Shown here piece after piece: positions 18,546-26,122 of a stretch of DNA of 64,000 nucleotides (positions are counted from its first letter, which is position 1; each line of letters starts with the position of its first letter). The notes below the pieces were generated by a model. It had not been told where the DNA came from, ran no database searches, and saw only the letters and a list, made by a program, of their open reading frames with translations. The DNA is taken from positions 272,715 to 336,714 of the forward strand of contig CP055308.1 of NCBI GenBank assembly GCA_013374855.1, written 5' to 3'. Position numbers and translations under genes: made by a program. This DNA comes from Candidatus Woesebacteria bacterium (GTDB lineage Bacteria > Patescibacteriota > Microgenomatia > UBA8517).

Positions 18546-19143
18546 ACTCCTTTCTCTCCTGTTTGATGGATATAATTATTATGGCTATTGCAATACAGAC
18601 AAGGATCCAAGAAAGAACCCCTAATTTTGAGAGAGCAGATTCTATTTGAGATTTCTCTGCTCCTGCAAGAAAGCCAATAAACCCAACCAGAGAAACCCAA
18701 CTTAATGAAGCAGCTGCTGAATATAAGAGAAAACGAAAAAGTGAGTAATTGTCAACTCCTGCAACATAAGCTGTCCAGAATCTAGTTAGATTTGCAAGCA
18801 TTGAGGAAGTGAGAATAAGCGCTCCGTTTTTTTGTAGAAGTGTTTTTGCTCTTTGGGCGTTTCTTTCTTGGTTAAGTTTTTTGACAAACCAAAGACCTGT
18901 TTTTCTTCCCAAGAAGTATCCTCCAATCAGGGAAAACCAAGCTCCGATCCAAGAAGAAATTATGATTTTAATAAAAAGATAAACATTTGGATAACTGAAG
19001 AAGCTGGCAGCAGCAATAACTAAACCGCCAGGTATTGTCCATCCGAAAGGTGTTATTTCTACAAAACTTGCCACAAAGACAATCAGTAAACCAAAATTAT
19101 CAAACAGGAATTTTGTTTTTTCAAAAACTTCTGCAACCCCCAT
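18511..19143 (-). CDS. DedA/SNARE-associated family membrane protein
   Basis: 210 aa, polytopic, with a DedA-like core (FVEITPFGWTIPGGLVIAAASF...). Confidence 0.65.
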   Translation of the reverse strand: MGVAEVFEKTKFLFDNFGLLIVFVASFVEITPFGWTIPGGLVIAAASFFSYPNVYLFIKIIISSWIGAWFSLIGGYFLGRKTGLWFVKKLNQERNAQRAKTLLQKNGALILTSSMLANLTRFWTAYVAGVDNYSLFRFLLYSAAASLSWVSLVGFIGFLAGAEKSQIESALSKLGVLSWILVCIAIAIIIISIKQERKEFEQQDENNKNQ

Positions 19144-19173
19144 TTTTCTATTATATCCTATAGAAGTTATATT

Positions 19174-20973
19174 TCAAAGTTGGCCACCTGTTCCTCTTAA
19201 AAATTTGGCTTGCCATGGACGGTAGTTTGAGTAAAACCTTTTGGAGAATATTTCAATTCCGTCTTTTGTTACTTTATAATCAAACCAGACTTTTGCTCCC
19301 CAAGCCTTTTTTTCTATTTGTTTTATTTGTCCTGCAGGGAGAGTTGGGTCATCTATATATAAATCCTCAGGTGGGGGAGAGGTGGAAGAAATAACTGGCT
19401 TTGATAGATACACTTCCCGCCCGTCTTTTGTCCCATAAAGCTCGAAAACTAGTGTCTTTGATTCATTATCAACCTTTGTTTGTATTAGAATGTGGTTTCC
19501 TGTGTCGTTTTTAAATTTAAAATCAGGTGACGGTTCAAAAACAGTAGCGTCAAGCCCTGGTCCGGCATCTTGTTCATAATAACCAACACGGTATGCATGG
19601 GGATGTCTTTCTATTATGGGTAAACCAGCATTTAGGACAGCCCTGAAAAGCGTGGTGGAGACTTGACAAACTCCACCACCGTCGCCAAGAATCGTTTGCC
19701 CTTCTTTTATTACATAAGCTTGTTGGTACCCTGTTTCTTTTGAGACCTCTCCCAATGTTTTGTTAAAAGAGAAGATTTCTTCCGGTTTAACGAGCACTCC
19801 TTGGAGTCTTGATGAAGCGAGGTTAATGTTGTGAACGCGTGAAGGAGTAGAACCTACAAATCTTGATTTGCCTATTCCTATTAGCTCTTTTATTCCAAGA
19901 TTATTTATTTCTTCTGTTTTGTAGTCGGGTGGTATTCTGACAAAAGGCACCTCCACCTTATATGTTTTTTCCTCTTCCAGCTCCAATTTTTTAAGAGACT
20001 CGATGATTGTCTCTTTTAATTTTTCTAAATCCACAATGGTACCATCTTTTGCGGGTTTGAATTCTTTAACGCGCCCTTCTTCAAAGACAAGAATTGGGTT
20101 TTGGGGTGGTGAATCAAATTCTTTTTTAATCGATTCTGCAAGCAAATTTATTTTTTCTTTATCGTATCCTTCAAAAAAGTCGCTCATCCTTGCTATTTCT
20201 TCGTCGATTATTTCTTTTGCGTAGTTTTCTGAAACAAGAACTAGCTTCTTGCCGATCATTTTTTCTATTCTTTCTCTATATAAAAGCTCGCTTTTTTGGT
20301 CTAAAATAAATTCATCGGAAATTTTGTTAAGTGTAATTGGAGAAAAATCTAAGTTGTAGAATTTTAGATCTAGTTCTTTTTTTATTTTTTCTTTTTTAAA
20401 ATCAATTCCTGCCTTTCCATTTATGATCACTGGTTTTGAGTCTATTATCTGCGCTTTTGGTTTAACGCCTTTTTGGGTTATCTGTTTTTCTATTTCTTCC
20501 AATACTTTTTCTAGTTGTGTATCTTCATAAGATAAAACAGGACGAACTTCTACTCTTTGGAATAGAGAAAGTGGTTGTCTAAAGATGGGAATTCTGTTTT
20601 TCTGAAAGTAAGCATCTTGTGCCATTTTCTTAAAATCAAACACTAGATTTATTTGCCCTGTGTTTATGTAGGCTGATTGGTTGCCTATTTTTATTTCTAT
20701 TTCGCTTGGTATTTTTATCTCTTTTTTCAGTCTTTGTTCTGCTTCATCAACGGTTAAGCCGCCAATATTTACATCTGAGACATAAGTGTTGGGGAGTGTT
20801 CTTTGGTAGAAGACAAAGTAAAAGAAGAGAGGTGGAGATAGGATTATAAATAATGTGGTTAAGATGGTATTTATTGTTGTTTTGATTTTTGTTTTAGATA
20901 CCATTGTCTTGGTTGTTGAATGATTATAGAATAGTATATTAACACAACTGGGGTTTTTGTCTATGGAAACCAA
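19174..20973 (-). CDS. VanW-family protein, membrane-anchored
   Basis: N-terminal TM helix. The C-terminal VanW domain reads ILGDGGGVCQVSTTLFRAVLNAGLPIIERHPHAYRVGYY. Confidence 0.75.
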   Translation of the reverse strand: MVSIDKNPSCVNILFYNHSTTKTMVSKTKIKTTINTILTTLFIILSPPLFFYFVFYQRTLPNTYVSDVNIGGLTVDEAEQRLKKEIKIPSEIEIKIGNQSAYINTGQINLVFDFKKMAQDAYFQKNRIPIFRQPLSLFQRVEVRPVLSYEDTQLEKVLEEIEKQITQKGVKPKAQIIDSKPVIINGKAGIDFKKEKIKKELDLKFYNLDFSPITLNKISDEFILDQKSELLYRERIEKMIGKKLVLVSENYAKEIIDEEIARMSDFFEGYDKEKINLLAESIKKEFDSPPQNPILVFEEGRVKEFKPAKDGTIVDLEKLKETIIESLKKLELEEEKTYKVEVPFVRIPPDYKTEEINNLGIKELIGIGKSRFVGSTPSRVHNINLASSRLQGVLVKPEEIFSFNKTLGEVSKETGYQQAYVIKEGQTILGDGGGVCQVSTTLFRAVLNAGLPIIERHPHAYRVGYYEQDAGPGLDATVFEPSPDFKFKNDTGNHILIQTKVDNESKTLVFELYGTKDGREVYLSKPVISSTSPPPEDLYIDDPTLPAGQIKQIEKKAWGAKVWFDYKVTKDGIEIFSKRFYSNYRPWQAKFLRGTGGQL

Positions 20974-22561
20974 TCAAAATCAAAAGAACAGCCAAGGACA
21001 AGCCAGTTCGGGGCAGGGTTTGCAACAGCATCCACCCATGGTGGGTGCTGAGACTAGTAGCCCTCTTTATGAATCTTCAATGTCTCAACTTGATGTGCCG
21101 GGTGTTTATTTTGGTTCTTCTGCAGTGTTTCAATCTCCAAATGAGGCAAAAAACGAGCAAATTCAAAAACCAAGTCAAACAACCCTGTCTCAGGATAAAG
21201 TTGTGTTCGATGAGGAAAAAAGTAAAAGCACAACCGCGACTCCACCTCCTCCCAGAAGAAAAATTCCATTGTTCTTTGTAGTAATGGTATTGACTTTAGT
21301 AGTCGTTCTTTTGGTGGGAGTGGTTCTTTTTTTTGGTGGGCGGTTTGGTAAAAAAACGGTTGAGACAAAAAAAATAACATGGTGGAATCTTTGGGAAGAT
21401 GATGGAGTTGTGAGATCTTTGATTCAGGAATATGAAACCAAAAATCCAAATGTGAAAGTTGAATATTTGAAGCAATCTCCTCAGGATTATCGTGAGAGAT
21501 TGGTGAACTCTCTTGCCAAAGGTACAGGGCCTGATATTTTTGTGTTTCATAATACATGGGCACCACTTTTGACCCGCGATTTAGACCGTGTTCCTGCTTC
21601 GGTTGCCAGTTCAGCTGATTTTGCTCGTGATTATTATTATGTTATTTCTTCTGATCTGACCGTTGGATCAGGGTTGGTGGGGTTGCCTTTGGGTTATGAT
21701 GCCCTGACTTTATTTATTAATGAAGATCTTTTTAAAGAAGCAAATGTAGACCCTCCAACTACTTGGGTTGAGTTGAGAGATCGTGCAAAGATTTTGACTA
21801 AGGTGGAAAATGGCAAAATTGTCCAAGCCGGTGTGGCCCTGGGAAGAACAGAAAATGTTGATCATTGGCAAGAGATTGTTGGATTAATGTTGCTTCAAAA
21901 TGGTGTTAATCTTTCCAATCCAGAACCGGATCTGATTGAAAATGCTCTTTTATTTTTTACTGCTTTTTCGAGAGTTGATAAAGTTTGGGATGAGACCCTT
22001 CCTCCGTCTACAGCAGCTTTCGCAGGAGGGAAGCTGGCTATGTATTTTGGTCCTTCGTGGCGCTATTTTAATATAAAGGAGGCAAACCCATCACTTAATT
22101 TTAGAACAGTTCCTTTGCCGCAGGTGCCGAAGGAAGACCCTGAAGAGCCAGATATTTCGTATGCAACTTATTGGGTGCAAGGTGTTTGGGCGAAAAGTTC
22201 GAATAAGGATTTGGCTTGGGATTTTTTGAAATTTATTTCTTCCCGCGAGTCTCTTGAGAAGATGTATAAGCAAGCTTCGCTTTATCGGGGATTTGGAGAA
22301 CCTTATCCAAAGGTAGAAATGGGAAATATGTTGCTTGAAGATCCAATTGTTGGATCTGTTGTAAAGATGGCGCCATATGCTCGCAGTTGGTATTTGGCAT
22401 CACGCACTTTTGATGGCCCAACGGGTATTAACTCGCAAATTGGTAAGTATTTTGAGGATGCTATAAATGCAGTGAATGCTAATGAAGATATAAAAGACGC
22501 TATTGAAACCTTGATTTTAGGTATAAAACAGGTTTTGGTTCAGTATGGCCTTTCAAAGTAA
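20957..22561 (+). CDS. ABC transporter extracellular solute-binding protein (family 1, sugar-type)
   Basis: An N-terminal low-complexity region and TM/signal anchor are followed by a SBP_bac_1-like domain (KITWWNLWEDD...EYETKNPNVKVEY...GTGPDIFVFHNTWAPLL). Confidence 0.7.
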   Translation: MSMETNQNQKNSQGQASSGQGLQQHPPMVGAETSSPLYESSMSQLDVPGVYFGSSAVFQSPNEAKNEQIQKPSQTTLSQDKVVFDEEKSKSTTATPPPPRRKIPLFFVVMVLTLVVVLLVGVVLFFGGRFGKKTVETKKITWWNLWEDDGVVRSLIQEYETKNPNVKVEYLKQSPQDYRERLVNSLAKGTGPDIFVFHNTWAPLLTRDLDRVPASVASSADFARDYYYVISSDLTVGSGLVGLPLGYDALTLFINEDLFKEANVDPPTTWVELRDRAKILTKVENGKIVQAGVALGRTENVDHWQEIVGLMLLQNGVNLSNPEPDLIENALLFFTAFSRVDKVWDETLPPSTAAFAGGKLAMYFGPSWRYFNIKEANPSLNFRTVPLPQVPKEDPEEPDISYATYWVQGVWAKSSNKDLAWDFLKFISSRESLEKMYKQASLYRGFGEPYPKVEMGNMLLEDPIVGSVVKMAPYARSWYLASRTFDGPTGINSQIGKYFEDAINAVNANEDIKDAIETLILGIKQVLVQYGLSK

Positions 22562-22570
22562 CTTTTATCT

Positions 22571-23401
22571 TTGAAAAAATTATTACCAGAAGAAAAAGCT
22601 TCGATTTTCTATCACAGTTTCTTTGATTATCCTCTAACGGAGGAAGATCTTTTAAAGTGGGCTGTTGGAAGAAAATTTTTATCGCTTTTTCCAAAAAAGA
22701 TAAATGTTATTCAGAAAGATGGTTTTTATTTTCTTCCAGAAGAAAAGTCCAGTATTTCTTGGCGGCAAAAAAGAGAAAAGTTTTCTGAAAGAAAGATCAA
22801 GATAGCAAAAAAGGCAGCTTCTTTGATTTCTCTTTTACCTACCGTCAAACTTGTTGCCATAACAGGATCGCTTGCGATGAGAAATGCAGATATTGATTCG
22901 GATATTGACTTGATGATTGTAACAAAGAGTGGTTTTCTTTGGACAACAAGGATATTTGTTTATCTTTTCCTTTTTGCCTTTGGTTTTCCTTTCAGAAGGT
23001 TTGGCAGTAGAGAAGTAAAAGATAAACTCTGTCTTAATATTTGGCTTGATGAGGGGAAACTTGTTTGGCATAAAAAAAATATTTTTACTGCGCATGAAGT
23101 TTTGCAAATCGTGCCGCTTTTAAACAGAAACTTTACCTACGAGCAGTTTTTGTCTGCTAATTTGTGGGCTTTTGATTATTGGCCAAATGCGGCAGACAAA
23201 AGAAAGTTGAAATGGACGGCTTTTTTAAAATTGAAAATTGACTTTTTTTCTTATATCTGGGCGCCGTTTGAGCTTTTGGCTTTTCTTTTGCAGAGACTTT
23301 ATATGCTGGGCAAGATTGGAAGAGAGACGGTTTCTTTGGATAGGGCAATATTTCACCCCATTGATCTTTCGGATAGAATTTTGCAAAAGCTACATACATA
23401 G
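22571..23401 (+). CDS. Minimal nucleotidyltransferase (Pol-beta superfamily) domain protein
   Basis: ITGSLAMRNADIDSDIDLMIV matches the GS-x9-13-DxD nucleotidyltransferase signature. Confidence 0.5.
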   Translation: MKKLLPEEKASIFYHSFFDYPLTEEDLLKWAVGRKFLSLFPKKINVIQKDGFYFLPEEKSSISWRQKREKFSERKIKIAKKAASLISLLPTVKLVAITGSLAMRNADIDSDIDLMIVTKSGFLWTTRIFVYLFLFAFGFPFRRFGSREVKDKLCLNIWLDEGKLVWHKKNIFTAHEVLQIVPLLNRNFTYEQFLSANLWAFDYWPNAADKRKLKWTAFLKLKIDFFSYIWAPFELLAFLLQRLYMLGKIGRETVSLDRAIFHPIDLSDRILQKLHT

Positions 23402-23412
23402 GAGCGGGAGAG

Positions 23413-23456
23413 TGGAAGAGTAGAAGTTGAAGATTTGATTTATGATTTATGAATTA
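23413..23456. repeat. Direct repeat copy A (about 44 bp), paired with 25118-25161. It contains internal tandem TGATTTATGA units.
   Basis: TGGAAGAGTAGAAGTTGAAGATTTGATTTATGATTTATGAATTA is identical at 23413-23456 and 25118-25161. A short GAGTGG is shared upstream of each copy. Confidence 0.7.
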
Positions 23457-23462
23457 TGATTC

Positions 23463-24158
23463 ATGATTTATGAACTTATAAGAATCAAGAACGAGCTGGG
23501 TATGAAAACCGATTCGTTAGAGTCTTATCCTGCCTGTTTTTTCGATACCCAAGAAACTAGAGATTTTACTGGTAGTCGAATGTGCAATGCAGGGAAGACG
23601 GCATGTACCATTGGATTTGATGGTAGTATAAGGCCTTGCTCTCATGCTATTCAGACCTATGGATCTATGTTAGATGCTGGCGGGCTATATGAAGCGTGGA
23701 TAAACATGCAGCCTTGGAGAACAGAGGAATATATTCCAGAAAGTTGTAATCAATGTCCTGAAAAAAACTTGTGTAGAGGAGGATGTAGAACAGAAGCTTT
23801 TGCTGTATATGGGAGTCTCAAAGCTCCAGACCCTTACTGTAATTTGTCAAACACCGTCATACCTAGATCCTCTACTAATAGAGAGAGGGTTGATTTTTCA
23901 GCAGAATATTACTTTCACCCAGCCACTAAATACAGAGAGGAAAATTTTGGTGGGATTCTTTTTGTGACTCCCGTAAGATGGGTTGGAGTAACACATCAGC
24001 TGTATAATTTTTTTACAGAAAACAAAGTGAACAGATTTAGACTTAGTGCTTTGGCAAAATCTCTAGGACTAGAGGATAATAATCAAATTGAGACAACAGC
24101 CGAAATGTTAATTCGAAAGACTATATTACAGAAAGGGGGTGATAAGAATGACAAGTGA
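23463..24158 (+). pseudogene. Orphan SPASM/twitch-domain fragment, the C-terminal part of a radical SAM peptide maturase with the radical SAM core missing
   Basis: CNAGKTACTIGFDGSIRPC matches the start of SPASM domains (C-x-AG ... DG-x-V-x-PC). Downstream CNQCPEKNLCRGGCR gives the auxiliary cluster cysteines. No CxxxCxxC is present. An in-frame TGA lies 6 nt upstream of the ATG inside the direct repeat. Confidence 0.55.
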
Positions 24159-24330
24159 AAGAGAAACTAATCCAACCCCTGGAATAGTTGAAATGGTAGT
24201 TGAGGAAAGTGACAAGATTGATGAAAATCAACAACAGAGCTGTTATGAGTCTTGTGATGCAAGTGGTTGTGATTGTTTTGACTCAGGTGATTGTTTTGAT
24301 TACTGTGACAGGGTGCCGGACCCAGATTAA
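24148..24330 (+). CDS. Acidic six-cysteine small peptide, 60 aa from the ATG at 24148 or 63 aa from a GTG at 24139. It looks like a RiPP precursor.
   Basis: The sequence is MTSERETNPTPGIVEMVVEESDKIDENQQQSCYESCDASGCDCFDSGDCFDYCDRVPDPD. It has an acidic leader-like N-terminus. The C-terminal core pattern is C-x3-C-x4-C-x-C-x5-C-x4-C. A GGGGG lies 8 nt upstream of the ATG. It overlaps the 3' end of the SPASM fragment. Confidence 0.45.
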   Translation: MTSERETNPTPGIVEMVVEESDKIDENQQQSCYESCDASGCDCFDSGDCFDYCDRVPDPD

Positions 24331-24378
24331 AAACTTAAACTTTTAAAATAGTGTTAAATAAAAGTAAAAGACAGATCT

Positions 24379-25041
24379 ATGAAAATAATAGTAGATTATT
24401 CTTTGGATCTTGATACTTGGAATTACCTACGTTCTGTTTATAGGTTTGTGTGGTATATTCATGGCAGAAGCAACCTTCAAAAAAAGCTTCTTTCGGCTCT
24501 TCCAGAAGATCTGGTTGCTGACCTAAAAAGTACAAAAGATGAGAAACAAGCAAGGAAGACTATTAAAAAATTTCTGCTTAAAAATATAGAAGTTAGGAAG
24601 AAAAAATACTTCCTTATTGCTCAAAATATAGAATCTGCATGGGAAAAAGAGAGTTTTGAAATAGAGACTAAGCTGGAAAAATTGTACGAAAACAAGATTC
24701 CATTTAGGTCAATAAAAATCTTTCTTTCTACTTTACCCATCTGTCCTTACAACTTTGAGAAAAAATGGATAATGGTATTTGGCGAGACCAATACCAAAAA
24801 ACAGCTTCAAATTATAACTCACGAACTTAACCATTTTATGTTCTACTACTATTTTGGAGAAATAAAGAATGAATTGGGGAAAGAAAAATTTGAATCATTA
24901 AAAGAAGCTCTAACAGTGTTTACCAACCCGGAAGAGAAGGGATATCCTAATCAAAAGAGAATAAGAGATTGGCTGTCAAAACAAAAGCGAAGGTCAATCC
25001 CAGAAATAATCAAAAGCGGTAGGTGGAAAGAATATCTTTAA
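24379..25041 (+). CDS. Hypothetical protein with an HExxH motif (putative zincin-like metallopeptidase)
   Basis: QIITHELNHFMFYYYFGEIKNE has HELNH plus a downstream Glu. There is no signal peptide. It is the last gene inside the repeat-bounded cassette. Confidence 0.4.
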   Translation: MKIIVDYSLDLDTWNYLRSVYRFVWYIHGRSNLQKKLLSALPEDLVADLKSTKDEKQARKTIKKFLLKNIEVRKKKYFLIAQNIESAWEKESFEIETKLEKLYENKIPFRSIKIFLSTLPICPYNFEKKWIMVFGETNTKKQLQIITHELNHFMFYYYFGEIKNELGKEKFESLKEALTVFTNPEEKGYPNQKRIRDWLSKQKRRSIPEIIKSGRWKEYL

Positions 25042-25117
25042 TTCCGACAACCAAAATATCAATTTTAAAGTCTAATGATCTATTAGCTTACGAAAATAAT
25101 AAATAAGAGTGGGGGAT

Positions 25118-25161
25118 TGGAAGAGTAGAAGTTGAAGATTTGATTTATGATTTATGAATTA
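25118..25161. repeat. Direct repeat copy B, paired with 23413-23456
   Basis: Identical 44-mer. It is followed by another GATTTATGAATTTATTC unit. Confidence 0.7.
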
Positions 25162-25276
25162 GGATTTATGAATTTATTCTAGAATCTTAATTCACTTTGT
25201 TCTTTGTTCTACTATTGTCAATGGTTAATGGTTAATGGTCAAATGTCATGCTGAATTCATTTTTCGCATCTCTTAC

Positions 25277-25390
25277 CTTAATTATAAACAAATTACAAAT
25301 TCCAAATCACAAGCTCCAAACAAATTCCAATTAACAAATTACAAACAATACACAAATTCCAAATTACAAAACATCCTCCTTCGCCAAGGC
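25277..25390. repeat. Degenerate tandem A/C-rich repeats with the unit ACAAATTCCAAAT(T/C)ACAA inside a 650-bp non-coding region
   Basis: ACAAATTCCAAAT-like units recur 3 or more times with CAAATTACAA variants. Flanking microsatellites are ATGGTTA x2.5 at about 25230, ATTCACT x3 at about 25518, CTTTGTT x3-4 at 25582-25610 and CAGTTGG/GTTGGATGTTGG repeats at 25630-25690. Confidence 0.5.
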
Positions 25391-25465
25391 TACGGAAGGG
25401 CAAGCAAAAATGGTAATTAACTTTTAACAAGGATAGGAGAAACAATATTAAACAAGTCTCCTAAT

Positions 25466-25497
25466 AAGGTCTGGCCTTTAAGTAAAGGCCAGACCTT
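25466..25497. repeat. 32-nt near-perfect palindrome (15-bp stem, 2-nt loop)
   Basis: AAGGTCTGGCCTTTA-AG-TAAAGGCCAGACCTT. There is no T-tract on either side, so it is not a classic intrinsic terminator. Confidence 0.6.
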
Positions 25498-25705
25498 TAT
25501 AAAATCAAATTCCAAATCACTATTCACTATTCACTGTTTACAAATTTGCTTTCTACCTGATGCTAGATGCTTGCTACCATTCTTTTCTTTGTTCTTTGTT
25601 CTTTGTTCTATCTTTGTTGTTGGTTGGATGTTGGAAGTTGTTTGTTCGCTTTAGCGTTGTTGTCAGTTGGCAGTTGGATGTTGGCAGTTCCGTAAGGAGT
25701 GCCTC

Positions 25706-25807
25706 TTGACAAGTTTTATTTGTTTTTTATAATAGCACTTGGGGTTTAGCAATGCTAAAAGCAAAGTGCTAAATGCCTCTTGACAAAACAAAATTCTTTT
25801 TTAAAAT
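25706..25807 (+). promoter_or_regulatory. Two sigma70-like promoters upstream of groES, each embedded in a repeated GCCTCTTGACAA sequence
   Basis: P1 is TTGACA 25706-25711, 16 nt, then TATAAT 25728-25733. P2 is TTGACA 25780-25785, 16 nt, then TAAAAT 25802-25807. Confidence 0.45.
25732..25772 (+). promoter_or_regulatory. CIRCE-like (HrcA operator) inverted repeats, two overlapping copies with 9-nt spacers
   Basis: TTAGCAATG-N9-AAGTGCTAA at 25746-25772 against consensus TTAGCACTC-N9-GAGTGCTAA. An overlapping ATAGCACTT-N9-CAATGCTAA lies at 25732-25758. Both sit between P1 and P2 of groES. Confidence 0.55.
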
Positions 25808-25819
25808 TTTTTCTAGTCT

Positions 25820-26122
25820 ATGGGAAGCAAAAAATTAAATTTAAAACCAACACCAGGCTATCTTTTAATAGAACCTGCTTTGGCTGAAAAAAAGACTGAG
25901 TCTGGTATTTACCTTCCTGATACTTCAGAGGAAAAACCCCAAAAAGGTAAAGTTTTAGCAGTAGGGGCAGATGAGGTTCTTGATTCTGGAAAGACGAGAA
26001 AATCTCCAGCTAAAGTTGGTGATGAAATAATTTACAAAAAATGGGGTGGTAATGAAGTTAAGATTGATGGCAAGGAATATATCTTTGTTAAGTTTGAGGA
26101 TGTTTTGGCAGTAATTGGCTAA
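25820..26122 (+). CDS. groES: Co-chaperonin GroES
   Basis: 100 aa with [13 protein letters not shown] ... KGKVLAVG ... [11 protein letters not shown], the canonical Hsp10. Confidence 0.95.
   Translation: MGSKKLNLKPTPGYLLIEPALAEKKTESGIYLPDTSEEKPQKGKVLAVGADEVLDSGKTRKSPAKVGDEIIYKKWGGNEVKIDGKEYIFVKFEDVLAVIG

Noticed and set aside
23463-24158. Functional radical SAM/SPASM peptide maturase
   Set aside because: Only the SPASM/twitch half is present. There is no CxxxCxxC radical SAM cluster motif and no TIM-barrel portion. An in-frame stop lies 6 nt upstream of the ATG within the direct repeat. I called it a fragment or pseudogene instead.
25235-25420. 61-aa ORF (MVKCHAEF...) inside the microsatellite region upstream of groES
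   Set aside because: Its sequence is just the translation of ACAAATTCCAAAT-type tandem repeats (NYKQ.TNSK repeats). It has no RBS and no conservation signal, so it is more likely non-coding.
25162-25705. Possible CRISPR array suggested by repeated short motifs
   Set aside because: The repeats are short (7-13 nt), irregularly spaced and degenerate with no uniform spacers. There are no cas genes in the window. These are microsatellites, not CRISPR.
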